In this document: one piece after another, positions 1 to 16,522 of the stretch | Numbering within the stretch: the stretch's first letter is position 1 | Layout: each line of letters opens with the position of its first letter | From: the human T2T-CHM13v2.0 reference genome, Homo sapiens | DNA length: 64,000 bases | NCBI RefSeq assembly: GCF_009914755.1 | Contig: NC_060931.1 | Direction: 5' to 3' (one strand) | Program-made: the position numbers and the translations under genes | The notes under the pieces: generated by a model | What the model saw: only the letters and a program-made list of their open reading frames with translations | What the model was told of the DNA's origin: nothing | The model's database searches: none

Positions 1-312
1 ATGGGAGCTCTGTCTCTCTAGGAACCAGAACCTCTAGACTCACAGAGCCTAAAGTCGCATGGACAAGAAGGACAACGTTGCCAGGTGGTCACTGATGTGA
101 CAGGAAGCATGATGATGTGCTTCTATTTCATGATTTCCAGGCCTGTCCGTATAGTCTACCTTAAGGACAGCCCCATAAAAAGACATTGATTGATGGTATC
201 GCTATCTATAGAGGGATGGTGTTGCAGAGTAGAGTCTCCTAGTAGTATCTTCCTAGCACATTTGAGAGGCCATCCCCCCTCTCCATCAGGCTGGCAGTTT
301 CTGGGTAAAATA

Positions 313-750
313 GTGTCTTAATTTCCTAGGGTGGCTGTTAACAATGTGCCACAATCTGTGGGGCTTAAAACAACAGAAATCAATTTTCCCACAGTGTGGA
401 GGCTACAAATCTGAAATCAAGGTGTCAGCAGATAGGGCTATGCTCCCTGAGGGCTCCAGGGAAGAGTCCTTCCTTGCCTCTCTTGTTCCTGGTGTTGCTG
501 GCAATCCTCAGTGTTCGTTGGCGTGTGGTGGCATCACTCGGCTCTGTCTTCACATGGCCTTTTCTCTCTGTGTCTGTGTCTTCACACATCCCTCTCTTAT
601 GAGGTCACTGTCATTGGATTTAGGGCCCACATTAATCCAGTGCAATTTTAACTTGATTACATTAGCCAAGACCCTATTTCCAAAGAAGGTCACATTCACG
701 GATACCAGGGGTGAGGACTTCAACACTTCTTTTTTCTCAATCGGGGAGAA
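313..750 (-). mobile_element. MLT1 (MaLR) LTR
   Basis: tttcctagggtggctgttaaca...cttaaaacaacagaaat...ggattTagggcccac...ttaacttgattaca MLT1 signature. Confidence 0.75.
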
Positions 751-779
751 GTGCAGCTCGACTTGCAACAAGGGTCTGT

Positions 780-2400
<1,621 letters not shown>

Positions 2401-2543
2401 CTTCAAAGACAAAATTATTTCTCACATCTTGGAGCACACGTATTTTACAGAGGACTCTAACAAACTTGAGACTTCTTTTCTTGCTTGTCTTGTCTTATTG
2501 ACATCCCACATCAACACAGTGGAGCAGCGTGATGTTCTGATGA

Positions 2544-3075
2544 CAGCAGTTTTCAAACACTGTGGTCTCAGGACCCCTTCATATTCTTTAAAATTGAGTA
2601 CCCCAAAGAGCTTTTGTTTACATGGGTTATATATATTAATATTTACTGGAAAATAAACTAGAGACATTTTCAACATATTTGTGTATTTGTTTATTAAAAA
2701 TAAAATAAACCCATTACATGTCTATATAAGTGATACCTCATTATGAAAAATAATTATTTTTCATAAAATATTTCTGAATAGCATTAACATTTTTGCAAAT
2801 CTCTTCAAGACAGCTAGAACATCATATGTTTCTACATTCCATCTGTTGGGATATGTTATTTTAGTTTAAGATTGTGAAGAACATCCACTTTCATACAGAT
2901 ATACAGCAGACAATAGAGTACTTTAATACTATTTTCAGATAATTATGGATATTTTTTCTGTGATGCTATATTAAAACTCAATGAGTGGTAGCACCTTAAA
3001 GATTTGTTGTGATGTGGAATCTGAAATTGTATCATGCATGTTTATTATGCTGTTACATTAAAATTCGTTGGTCTT
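2544..3075. mobile_element. hAT-Charlie (Charlie1-like) DNA transposon relic
   Basis: cagcagttttcaaa...ggtctcaggacccctt...ccccaaagagcttttgttta terminal motif. Confidence 0.65.
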
Positions 3076-3330
3076 GGCCGGGTGTGGTGGCTTAGGCCTG
3101 TAATTCCAACAATTTGGGAGGCTGATGGGGATGGATCAATTGAGGTCAGGAGTTCGAGACCAGCCTGGACAACATGGTAAAATCCCCATCTCTACTACAA
3201 ATACAAAAAACTTAGCTGGGAATCGCTTGAACCCGGAAGATGGAAGTTGCAGTGAGCCAAGATTGTGCCACTGCACTCCAGCCTGGATGACAGAGTGAGA
3301 CTCTGTCTCAAAAAACAGAAGCAAAAACAA
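3076..3330 (+). mobile_element. AluS with internal deletion at start of right arm
   Basis: Alu consensus; ttagctggg joined directly to aatcgcttgaacc. Confidence 0.85.
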
Positions 3331-3626
3331 ACCAAAAAATCAGCTCCTACTTGAATGAAATAGATTCATACCTTCCCATTATAGAAAAATCTAAAATAAG
3401 TATTTTTCTATAAGCCAGTGACATGACTTGATTACAAACCGTAAGTAACCTCAATAGACAACTGAGTCTGCACTCGAATGATTGCTAGATGGCTGCAAAC
3501 TACCTTTTGGAAAGGTTTTAGTAGATGTCCCATGATTTGTTTATATGTCTATAATTCCCTCTTCTCCAGTATAGCACCTCGTTCAGTTATGTGGTTGTAT
3601 CTTTTGCTAGTATCTTTTGTCGGATG

Positions 3627-4010
3627 GTATATTAGCTTGCTAGGGCTGCCATAACAAAATACCACAGACTGAGTGGCTCATACTAGAAATTTATTTTTTC
3701 CTAGTTCTGGCAGCTGGAAATCCAATCTTAATATCTTCTAATCTTCCAATACTGGTATCTTCTAATGTCTCTCTCCTTGGCTTGTAGATGGCCACCTTCT
3801 TGCTTTATTCTCACGTGGTCTATCCTATGCACACACACATCCTTGGTGTCTCTTTGCATGTCTAAATTTCCTCTTTTCATAAGGATGTCAGTCAGATTGA
3901 ATGAGGCCCTATCCTATGGCCTCATTTTAACTTAATCATCCCTTTAAAGATCTTATTTCTAAATATAGTCACACTATGAGGTTCTAGGGGTTAGGACTTC
4001 CATATATAAA
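3627..4010 (-). mobile_element. MLT1 (MaLR) LTR
   Basis: tattagcttgctagggctgccataacaaaataccacagactg...ggggttaggacttc. Confidence 0.75.
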
Positions 4011-5677
4011 TCTGGCAGGGGGTAAGGGAGGGGAAGGAGAGACACAGTTTAACCCATAAGAGGTGACAACCCAGGAAGGTATATTTCCCAATACTGCCAT
4101 TTCAGAGGTACCATATGGCAGATGGGAGTTTTATACCTTTTCAGATTCTTTTCCTTTTCAGTGTTTTTCAAGATAAAATTGGGGCTATGCTTTAAGATGA
4201 AGCTGAAATATTATGATTTTTTATTTGTGTATTTTTAAGAGATAAGCCAGACTTTCTGAACAGGGTTTGTCCCTTCTGGAAATGCTCCATTGGATCTCTC
4301 CTTTGTGGGAATATTCTATTCAGTCCCTAAATTTATGACACTCTATTTTTCACAAATTATCCTCAGTCATCCTTGGCTTTGTCCTTATTAACTATTCTGC
4401 TGCTCACTTAGCTATCAATACAGACAGCTGTGGCCTGGGGAATCAGTAGGGAATATAATCACAAGCCCATAATGCCTTTCAAGATTCATAGAGATCCATT
4501 GAGGCCCGCCTGTGGGCAACACAGTTCATCCATTCCTCCAGATAACAGGCCCTGAGACTAGATGCAGAACTTTTTCCAAAGAAGAGGATTCATAGTTTAC
4601 ATCTCATTCCCATTAGTTCCATGACCTCAAGAAGGTGATTTGCCTTAAAGAAGCACAAGCTTGCTTCCAGATTGGGGCCATGCACAGTTGCTCTGCATGC
4701 AGGCAGTCACCATCAGCTGTTTTTAAGTGGTGTTTGAAACAGCCCTGTGAATAATCCGGTATTTAATGATGTTGTCCCGTCCTCTAGGTTCCAGTGGAGG
4801 ACTTTCTCTTTTCTCAGTGCATTCTCCTGATACTTGTTTTACTCTGCAAGAAACAAAATCTTATATGAAAACATGTTGCTAATCTTTAAATAGTTAAAAC
4901 TTTCTGACTAAATTTACTTGTAAATGCACAGGATTTCACGACACTCATTTTATATACTTAAAAACAAAGCTTATTAACACCTTACTTTTTTCCTGCCATT
5001 TCTGTCCATCATTTTTAAAATTTCAACTTCTTTTATATTGCTATATCATGTGCCTCTTTATGAGGTGCTTTCAATCATAATTTCTGGTTAGAAGCTTCTG
5101 ATATTTTCTCAGTTTCTGTGGATGTGTTTGTGGTTGTTTTGTGTGCATGTGTGAGGGGAGAGTTAAATTACCTCTTTCTTTTGAGTGAGATGGAGCTCTT
5201 ATAATAACTTGTATCCCAATTTTTCCTTCTCAGGAAGCAAATTTAGTAGGGACCACTGGAGACTACCCATCTGCCTTATGACTCTGAGGAGATAAAGCAT
5301 TCTTCAGCCATTCCTGTTGGAGCCAGGTGAAGCATTCTAGCTCCAACACCTCAACCATCTCTAGGAACAGCAGCAACTGCTATCTCGCCTCTCCTCCTTT
5401 AAGGAAAACAACCCTTAAGGGAAGCAACTGAGAGCTGGGTAAGAAGAAAGCAATCACGTGCTAAAATCTTCCGGAGAACAAAAGTTAGTGAAACTATCTT
5501 AGACCCCTAATTCAGAACTCTTGCAGGAAGAGTAAATACTTATGGAAAGCTGAGAAAGCAGTGTCTAGGGCCTCCAGTCCACCCCTAGAGGGACGTGTGG
5601 GGGTGGCTAGGGGAACGTTTTGAGGAAAGTTCATTGGTCAACTTGTTCAACGTGGCAAACTCATTTCAGGCAAGAGA

Positions 5678-5698
5678 GGCAGCACCGTGGACAGCGCC
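5678..5698 (+). promoter_or_regulatory. RE1/NRSE (REST) site 1
   Basis: GGCAGCACCGTGGACAGCGCC vs consensus TTCAGCACCACGGACAGCGCC; both half-sites with 2-bp spacer. Confidence 0.85.
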
Positions 5699-5727
5699 AA
5701 CCCTCCTGCTCCCGGGCGGGGCGAGGT

Positions 5728-5748
5728 GGCAGCACCGCGGACAGCACC
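5728..5748 (+). promoter_or_regulatory. RE1/NRSE (REST) site 2
   Basis: GGCAGCACCGCGGACAGCACC. Confidence 0.85.
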
Positions 5749-5792
5749 ACATGTGGTGGCGCACACTGGGAGCCGCCAGGCGCGGGGAGCGC

Positions 5793-5813
5793 AGCAGCAC
5801 CGCGGACAGCCCC
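5793..5813 (+). promoter_or_regulatory. RE1/NRSE (REST) site 3
   Basis: AGCAGCACCGCGGACAGCCCC. Confidence 0.8.
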
Positions 5814-6497
5814 AAAGCCGCGCGCTCTGAGCCAGGAGGCGGGGAGAGATGGCCTTATCAGCTGATGGCTTACGTAGGGCTAGATCTCCACTTGGATAAG
5901 GCAGGTCTCGGTGGGCGCGCCAGCATTCGCTCTCCGGAGCTGCAGCCTCCGAAGGGGTGGCGGGGGCAACAGGGACAGAAGGCAGGTCCCAGAAAGCAGG
6001 TTCCCCCAAAACTGGCTTCCCTAGCACGGAGTTAAGGCTGCAGCCGGCTGCCTAGAGAGAAGGGTGGGCAGGGAGACAACGCGGTGAGAGCGACTGCTCT
6101 GACGCACCAGCCCCTCTCCTGCACCCACACGCTGCTGGCCGCCCAGCTTCTCCCCGATCTGGGAGATGCTCGGCTCTGGGCGGCCAAACAGCCTTTCCAC
6201 CAAGGCGAGGAGCCCTGGGCTCCTGACAGCTTAGGCGGGCCCTGGCTGCGACACGCAGCCCCTCGCCTCTGCTTCCTTAGCCTCTGAGGGCTTCAGACCT
6301 GCCGCGCTTGCAGCCACACCATCTCCAACGGATGCTCACTAGCAGGAAATTGGGGCCAAATTCACAGGCACTTTCCAGAAACTCCCCCACTGGCCAGAGG
6401 TTGCAAACATCCGGATTGGCTCTGGGCACAGTGGCCGCCTTAAGTCCTCCTGAACACCCCTTCTGCAAGTACCCCAGGGCGGTCTCCTGACCCAGAG

Positions 6498-7238
6498 ATG
6501 GATTTACCTGTGAACCTAACCTCCTTTTCCCTCTCCACCCCCTCCCCTTTGGAGACCAACCACAGCCTCGGCAAAGACGACCTGCGCCCCAGCTCGCCCC
6601 TGCTCTCGGTCTTCGGAGTGCTTATTCTCACCTTGCTGGGCTTTCTGGTGGCGGCGACGTTCGCCTGGAACCTGCTGGTGCTGGCGACCATCCTCCGTGT
6701 ACGCACCTTCCACCGCGTGCCCCACAACCTGGTGGCATCCATGGCCGTCTCGGATGTCCTGGTGGCCGCGCTGGTCATGCCGCTGAGCCTGGTGCACGAG
6801 CTGTCCGGGCGCCGCTGGCAGCTAGGTCGGAGGCTGTGCCAGCTTTGGATCGCGTGCGACGTGCTTTGCTGCACGGCCAGCATCTGGAACGTGACGGCCA
6901 TAGCCCTGGACCGCTACTGGTCCATCACGCGCCACATGGAATACACGCTCCGCACCCGCAAGTGCGTCTCCAACGTCATGATCGCGCTCACCTGGGCACT
7001 CTCCGCTGTCATCTCTCTGGCCCCGCTGCTTTTTGGCTGGGGAGAGACGTACTCTGAGGGCAGCGAGGAGTGCCAGGTAAGCCGCGAGCCTTCCTACGCC
7101 GTGTTCTCCACCGTAGGCGCCTTCTACCTGCCGCTCTGTGTGGTGCTCTTCGTGTACTGGAAGATCTACAAGGCTGCCAAGTTCCGCGTGGGCTCCAGGA
7201 AGACCAATAGCGTCTCACCCATATCCGAAGCTGTGGAG
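6498..7238 (+). CDS. HTR5A: 5-hydroxytryptamine receptor 5A, coding exon 1 (aa 1-247; N-terminus, TM1-TM5, start of ICL3)
   Basis: ATG in strong context (gagATGg); [23 protein letters not shown]... with aminergic TM3 Asp (ACDVLCC) and DRY motif; ends at donor GAG|gtgggt (7238/7239); 741 nt, phase 0. Confidence 0.98.
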
Positions 7239-8553
7239 GTGGGTATCTCAGCAATCCTTAAAAATACTCGACTTGCATCTGTACAGGCTATATCCCCAGG
7301 CCACCTGCCCCACCCCCACACTTGTAGAAAATGGAACTTTTTGTGTTTGGGAGTGGGGGGAGTAAACTGGGAGAGTGGAAGAAAGCATCAGAGATGTACT
7401 TTGCTCTGACATGTTCCCTCTCACAGGGCTAATCATATCATGTTCCTTCTCTAATGGGTTGTTTGTTAAATATACAGAACACGAGGAGTTCAGACTGCGT
7501 CATTCTGCAGGGTCCCCTTTGGCCCCCAAATTCTATGGATCTATAACACCCTTTAGAACATCTGAATAAGCTGGTATCTGGGGTACGCTGATTCAGTACA
7601 CTGGAAAAAACTAGCAGCTTCCAGCACTTAGAATGGGGGTGTTCCAGGAGGAGGGGAGGCAGGGATGGGAGCATGATTTGATAAGAAGACTGCCATGAGT
7701 CAGGTGATGCAGGTTAGCATTTCATCTTAGTCTATTCTTTTTCTTTGCAAATTACAGCAGCCGGTTTATTAAAAATATGGTATCACCTAGGTTACTGTCA
7801 TTCTGTGGCATCCTCCCGTCCTGACGTAAGACTGAAGATGTTGACTGCACTAGTCCCGGAGCCTGCATTTGTTATCTGCTTCCACTGCCTTAGGGTGTTA
7901 CTTTATGGGTCTATCCCCCACAGCCCTATTAGGTTGTAGGTGTGACTGAGGACCACTTGTCTGCCTTCCTGAACATGAGTAAAGCTGCGGAAGGAAATTA
8001 AAAATCCAGGAAAGAGAATTCCCCAGCTCTCTATGAGAGGTATTTACTGCATGACAACCACTATAGCAACAGCGAGGGAGCTTTTCTCATCTTCTCCCAC
8101 TCCTGTTTTTTTGTTAACTCTTAATAATCTGACCCTACGACTCATGATTCTGCAGGCTGCTCCCCCTTCATTACCAAGGAAGATTCCTTGAATCTAATTC
8201 ACACATTTAGGTTAGACCAGAAGTCTACACAGTCCCCATTTTCTGTTGTTGGCTCTGAAACAAGAAAGTAGTTTAAGGAAGCATATGGAGTGCATACTAT
8301 GGGTTTGGTGCAAGAGGTAAGCGAATGATAGAGATGTTGTCTTTGCCCATGAAGAGTGTGGTCTAGGGAGGGAAATAGACATCCACCCTGAGCTCTGTAT
8401 ATGCTTTCTAGAGTCAGTAGCTAACTCTAACCATCCCCAGTCAGTCAAACTTAGAGGGACCAGAGGTGTAGCTAGGGAAAAAGGGGAGAGGGCATCATCC
8501 TAGAGGAAAGAAGAAAACGAGGGGTCAGAGGCTACCTGTTCTTTTACCTATAT

Positions 8554-9082
<529 letters not shown>

Positions 9083-9426
9083 ATCTATTAGATTTCTAAG
9101 CTGAACAAAGAGTGCTGATGGGTAAGAACACTGAAGCTTCCATCAAACTACCTGAAGTGAGGTTCCATGTGTATGAGCGTCCACTCAAATTCCAGGCCAG
9201 GAACAAGAAGACTGGTCACCTCCAAGGGCCCTCCTTTTATGAATCTTCCTCTCCCCTGATGTTTATTCAGGCAAATATAATTTACAGTCAGCCCTAAACA
9301 CAGCTTTAGAAGGAGAAAGTTAATTACAATTCCATCCCAAGGCTTCCTATAAAAGGATGAAGGGCACTCTCATTTCTCTGCTTTGGTGATAGCAGAAGCA
9401 AAGCATTATAACATCTTTGTGCTTTT

Positions 9427-9566
9427 TATATAGATACACACACACACACATATATATACATATGTGTGTGTGTGTGTATATATATATATGTATATATATA
9501 TATGTGTGTATATATATATATGTATATATATATATGTGTGTATATATATATATGTATATATATATA
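9427..9566. repeat. (CA)/(TA)/(TG) compound microsatellite
   Basis: Direct inspection. Confidence 0.95.
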
Positions 9567-12500
9567 CTCTCTTCTCTCTCTACTTCTCCCAGATCAGTTT
9601 TTTAAATGGGCCCCTTGGCTTAGCAAAAGGACCCAAAATAATCCAGTACTCTAAATATAATATGGGGCTGCCTCTGTCCTTATGTTATGTTGAAGGGTTA
9701 ATTACAAACCAGGCCTCCTGATTGTTCTGTGATAATGGGAGTGGGTGTCAAAGTTTCTAAATGAGTTCTACCACTAGCTAGCTGTTCCCTGGGGAAACCA
9801 CAACACTTCTCTCTTGTTTCTTTATCTGCTGAGTTTTATTCAAATACATGCCATGAAATCCTAACCTAGGTCAGACATTGAGCTGGGATCTGGCAACACA
9901 AGATAGATAAGACTTGCCCTTGTCAAAGGAAGAGGAAGCCACTGCTAGAGATCTGAAATAAAATGACAAAGAAAAATGCCTTCCTTACTAGAGTGAGCGG
10001 GGGCTGTGCTGTCTAGGCGCAGTTTGCCTAAGAAGAGCAGAATGCTGACCTGAAACTGCGCTTTTGGGAGGTATGGAGCCTCACGGATTGGTGGATTTTT
10101 GAGATGTGGGTAGATGACACCCTCTGTATGAGAAGCTATTGCTGATTGGTTGTTCCTCCAATGCGTATTTACTGAAATGAGTCCAACTCTGGTGGCCTGA
10201 CTTTCAGAACTGAGGGGCTAACACCAATAATCTACACAGGTACTATAGACATCCAGGAGGTAGAGACAGTGTGAACTATTTTACCTTCTATTATTCTAAC
10301 CCTAATTGCCCTCCCATCCTTATTCATTCTATATATAATTAACAAAATTAATAATCCTCTGACTCTCAAAATTATAGGCTACCAATGATACTGAAGCTAT
10401 TCATATATTTGATTCCTGTATGATCCTTGCAGCGACCTACACCTAGAAGAGAAACCTATGCAAAAAGACTCTATACATGTAGACAAACAACAGCAAAAGC
10501 AAAGCAAGCATCAGTAGGATACGTAGATGAATAGCATGACACCATTTGCCAAACAGTACACCTTCATGTCAAGAGGTTTGAAGCCTTTTACACAGATCTA
10601 AGACAATTCCCTAATGGTAGGTCTCTTAATCAAAGATCTAGTTACTTGACACAAACACCTCAGCCTTGTGACCTTATATGAGAACATACTTGGTTACAAA
10701 TCCTAAGAGAAGAAAATTTTAAAATATATTGATTGAGATGAGTTGCCCTTGATCAGTAGACTAAGTCTAAAACTTGTTCCGGGCTAAAGAGCACTCAGTC
10801 TTTTCCTAAGTGCGTGGGAACATTTTCTTCTCAGTCTGTCTGTGTTGGTCCTCATTCAGCCAAAGCTGCAGGAGAGATCTCCGTGATTATCCAGATTGTC
10901 ACCACTGTTTTTGGTCCTCCTTAATGATGAAGTTTCATCTGTGGAGATGTGATGTTCACATTGCACGTTGATCAACATGAGTTTATACTATTTTTTAGAT
11001 CATCTGTTGAATCATCTGTCAGGACAGAGCTCTGCAGAAGCATGTAAAGTTCCGAACAACAGATGCTGAAGGACTACCAGATAAACAAGAATAATTATAA
11101 ATATTGTAAGAAGAGACTGGAAAATCTCCCAAGTTCTTCTTCTTAGTTCCAGTGCCTTCTTAGTCAATTCTTTGTTGAGGAGCTGTCCTTGACCCAAGAC
11201 TTCCCAGCTTTGATCAGGAAAGCAAGTCCCAAAAGTTTCTTGTGTGTCTGTTAGGTAGCTATGTTCCTTTTTCTTCTAGCTTAAATATAGATTGTTTTGC
11301 CTCTGTCTTAATCCAGGTACAACAAGAAATGGTAGCTATAGGGTAAACTCTTCCATGACTGGCCACAAGGAAACTGAAGGCTATTCTATTCATCATGACT
11401 ATTTGGGTTAATTGTTGTGGCCTGGGAGCTTAGGCTATATAATATGTTATGTCAGCTAATGCAGGCATTATTTACTATGACAACTTTAAAAAAAAACCCT
11501 CTAGTTATCCAACTGTTTAAATGGGGTCATTATCTTCAGGAGCCTTCTCTGAGAGAGTTTTGTCCCTTTGGACTCTTCATAAGGAGGTATAGTCCATTGA
11601 GGGCATTGGCGAGCCAGATTTTGGAATGGCCTAACCTATGGCCCTATGGAGCAATTAACTTTTCTTCTCAGTTGACATTGAGACACTTAACGTCAGCGTA
11701 GGATAAAGGACCCAGGAACTATAGAAGAGAGGTGATCAATCTTAGAGAAGCTGTAGGTACGTTATCTGTAAGTATTGCCAAGATGGTCACTAATTCACAT
11801 GGTCATCTGTTTGTCCCGAGGTTCTTGGTTTAATGGCAATGTCCACACTTCTCTTTCTGGAGGTTCCCTGGAGGACCTCAGTTTAGAATGGTTTGGGGTA
11901 GCATCAAGTCATCAAATAATTCACATTTGTTGTCCATTTTTAGAGTACCTGAAGGAGATGTTTCTATAGTATGTTAAATTAGTGAATTATTCTGGAGGTA
12001 TACTAATTATTAGTCTACATACATTCTGTTTCATTTTTTTAACTTAATATGGACCTACTGGAAAGGTCCATAATTTAAGCATTGAACAACTTGTCTTTGG
12101 GTAAGAAATTAAATTTTATGGGAGAGACTGGACTACTTATTATATATAAAACATGGTATTGTTATTTTTGTTTTTTAGCATACCATCAACAAACAATATT
12201 TCATTGGAATTTGGTACTAGAGGATCCAAGTTCTGTCTGGAGCCAGGACACTTTAATTATAGAAATGCAGTTATGGGATTCCCCTTCCTTGTCTAAGGGT
12301 TTCCTAGCTGCGGGGTGATGCATGTTACACCAGGAGAAGGAGAAAGTAACCATGAACCATTATCAATCAATGAGTAGAAAAATATTGGATAGTTTCTGTT
12401 AGCAATTGGGGCTTATTACATGTGGTATATAAGATTTAAAGGCCTAATACCAAATGTTCTGAAGATGTGTTGACTAGTTGAATTGATGCCTGTAATTTCT

Positions 12501-13092
12501 CTGAGACAAGAAGGCAAAGCCTCCAGGTTACTGAACTAAGCGGTGAACTTAAAATAAGCAATGTTCTTTGACAGGTGCTATGCTGTCACCTTAATCCACC
12601 CAGAGCATGGCCCCATATTTTCATATTCGCATGAAAAGGAATGTTCATGATAACCTAGGAAGAATCATTCTTAACTCTTATGCATTCTACTTCAATTAAA
12701 TTTTCTAGTTGTGGAGTCTCTTGTCCATAGAGATTCTAGAACCATCAGTATTTCTATAGTAATTTTTAAAATTACATGCAGTGTAGGCATTCTCACGTCA
12801 GATCAGCTATAATCTCATCATGAACAAGGGCTGCAGCACATTTTATTTGGAAGCAGATCCTACTTATTGCAGGTATGTCATAGATTAAAGAAGTATTCTT
12901 TTGATAATGATCTGAAAATATCAGTTATAAGTTGGCACACAGAATTGTTAAAGATTGTTACTACTTGAATTCTTCCATCAAGTAAAGTTGATTTTCTCTC
13001 AAGCCTTTGAAAAATTTACTATATAGCCAGAAATTTGTCAATTTGTCATTCATTATCTTGTTTCACTATCTGGTATAACCTATAACCAATAG

Positions 13093-13401
<309 letters not shown>

Positions 13402-14064
13402 ACCAATAGCTTTATTGAATTTTTTGTTTGTTTTTAATTTTTAAAAATTTGCTACAATTTTCTTTTTTGCTTTTCAGACAACTTTAAAAATGTACATGGA
13501 ATGATCTGTTGTTCTGTAATAGTGGGGTTACTGGTAGTTATACTGACACCCACATAAACAAAAACATTATATAGTTGTATATCTAGTTACAGAAAATTCT
13601 CCTTGGAAGTTTAAAAAGACAAAGAAATTGTTGAGTGACAATACCTTCCTTGGAGTGGCTTTATTAGATAGATTGTATATAGTTGTCATTTTGCTTTTTG
13701 GCCAACACGAGATGTTCATTCTTTCAAGGGTCCTCCTGCTAGCAATATATTAATATATACAGGGATCCTTATCTCAGCTCTCAAATCTTTGAGAACAGAG
13801 GCCCTTTTGGATGCCTTATCTAGAAAGCCATATCTTGTATTGATTTATAGCATTTACTTTCTAAGCCTATCTGGAAATGTCTAGCCCCATATTGGATATT
13901 TTGCAAATTGGCAATTTCACATTTCAGTTTATTTTTTCTTATTAAATTCCCAAATTCAGGTTTAAGCCCATTTATAGAAAGATATGACAAGACTATACTT
14001 CAGCTGGTGGGTATACACAAATATGCTGCTTGAAGGTTTTCTGAAGTCTATTTTCTATCTTTAT

Positions 14065-14247
14065 TCAGCCTCCCAAGTAGCTGGGACTGCAAGTGTGTTC
14101 CATCACACCTGGCTAATTTTTGTATTTTTTATAGAAATAGGGTCTCACCATGTTGCCCATGATGGTCTCAAACTCCCAAGCTCAAGTAATCCTCCTGCCT
14201 TGGCCTCCCAAAGTGCTGGGATTACAGGCGTGAGCCACCATGCCCAG
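14065..14247 (-). mobile_element. Truncated AluJ-like
   Basis: tcagcctcccaagtagctggg...gctcaagtaatcctcctgccttggcctcccaaagtgctgggattacaggcgtgagccac. Confidence 0.85.
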
Positions 14248-14539
14248 ATTCATTTAGTTTACTTTGAATATTTATTCAACCTCTCCTTAAAAGAAAGCCT
14301 TCTAAAATTACTTTACATAATATATTTTATATTTTTATATTTAAATTTTCACAACTGGGTTATATAACTCTTCTATTTTCTGTGCTTCTTTTTTTTTTTT
14401 TTTTTACCATTTTTTCTTATCTAAGAGGATTTTAGTTAATTTAACTAATTAGTACACATCTATAGTTCAAGAAAATAAAAATTTTGTTTGATATTCTAAC
14501 AAAATTATAAATTCTATAACAAAAGTTTAGAAAATTTTT

Positions 14540-14920
<381 letters not shown>

Positions 14921-16419
14921 TAGCTTTAGACAAAGGTTTTAATTAAATTCTATAAATCTGATTTTTCTTCTGGTAATTTTATAATGTGATTGTGTTTTTC
15001 CTGAGAAAACCCTGGTTCATTTAGGAAGTCAGATAAAGCTGAATAGAAAAATACAAGATAGAGATCTGCAAAGAGGATAGGTTTGGGAAGGTTACAAAAT
15101 CTTTGAGACTATCTTAGTTAGGATTTTCTTTTAAGGACTCAAAATACCAATTAAAGAGGCTGACTTTTAGCCATTTGATGTTTGTCTCCTAATTTTTCTA
15201 GAGCTTCTCTTAAATATCTTAACTCACTAATTTTTCATTCATCAGATGTTTTTCATTAAGTAAAAAAAGTTTGGCATTTGTGAAGAAAATTGCAAGACTT
15301 AGGATCATAATGCAATTTTAAATAGGAAATAGAAATTCTTAAAAAAGAGGATTGAGATTTGGACATAAACAAGCCATGGCACATGAGGAAGAGGCAACTG
15401 TGGTTGGTCAACAGTTCATGCTTGTGAATAGTGTCTCAGGGTCCTGGACCAAACAGATGGAGAAGGGGACACATGATTGTCCGCACAACTATCATTAAGC
15501 TGGAAAACAACAGGACAAAGTGATATATTTTCACAAGTCGACAAGTCAGGAATGCCCTCATACGAGCTTTGTAGGGGACCCCAAGCAAAGTTTGATCAAT
15601 TGCTTTTTCATAAATTGGTCACTGGCCTAATAATGGTCTTCAAATCATTAGCCCTCAGGTCCAGCTTGAATTAGATTGGAAACTTATCAAGCCAATGCCT
15701 TATAGAATAGTTCCTTCTGTATTCAACAGAAGAAGGAGTTCCAGGACAAAACAAAAACCCATGCAACAAGACTTTGCACATGTAGACAACACACAAGCAA
15801 GGCAAGAGGCCATAGGATAAGTAGATTAATGGCATGACAATATTTGCCAGATGATACACCTTCATGGCAAGAGGTTTAAAGCTTTCTACATAGATCTAAG
15901 ACAATTACCTAATGGTAGATAGGTAGATCTCTCAATCAAAGATCTAGTTACATGATACAAACACCTCAGCCTTGCGAACTTATCCAAGGACATAGTTGGT
16001 CACAAATCCTAGGATAACAAAATACATTGAGCAATAAGAGCCCAGTGAAACTAGGCAGAACTCAAATCCTTGTTGAGACTGATGTGCTTGGCTGTGGACA
16101 CAAAGGGCAATTGAGTTTGGGGCCCAGTGAATGCACTTGTGGCCCAAGGATCCCACGGAGACTCTTCAAAATGACTTCAATGGAGCCTCCAGAACTGTCC
16201 AGGGGCGATGCCACTACTGCTCAGAGTCTGAGATAGAAAGACAAAGCTGAATCTTTGACTCAGAATAGCGAGAGGAAGCTATGCTTGTCAGCAGTCTCCC
16301 AGAGCAGAGCGGAATGCCCATCATCCATGATTCGGGGCAGTGTGGGGTTCAGAGACTGGAGGACACTCAGAGTAGCAGCAGGCTGACATCAGCTGCAGAA
16401 CGGAGTTTACTCAGAATGA

Positions 16420-16522
16420 GGCTTTCTGTTGGATGGGGTTTTCTGATGGAATGGGGTTTTCTGTTGGATGGCGTTTTCTGTTGGAATGGGATTTTCTGCT
16501 GGAATGGGGTTTTCTGTTGGAT
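16420..16522. repeat. Short tandem repeat, ~17-18 bp unit GGGGTTTTCTGTTGGA(A)T, ~6 copies
   Basis: Direct inspection. Confidence 0.85.

Larger units (their letters stand above)
5670..7240. promoter_or_regulatory. HTR5A: CpG island / HTR5A promoter, 5'UTR and first exon
   Basis: Sharp rise in GC and CpG density versus AT-rich flanks; GC box GGGCGGGG at 5714-5721. Confidence 0.85.

Noticed and set aside
5595-6287. GC-rich ORFs across the promoter
   Set aside because: Stop-poor CpG island; mostly non-ATG starts, no homology recognised
2600-7100. Antisense lncRNA HTR5A-AS1 (known to me at this locus)
   Set aside because: Exon structure and ends cannot be supported from sequence alone
7239-7409. 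C-terminal 56 aa of the 303-aa ORF as an HTR5A coding extension
   Set aside because: Read-through past a canonical donor (GAG|gtgggt) into the intron; the spliced product gives the expected 357-aa 7TM receptor
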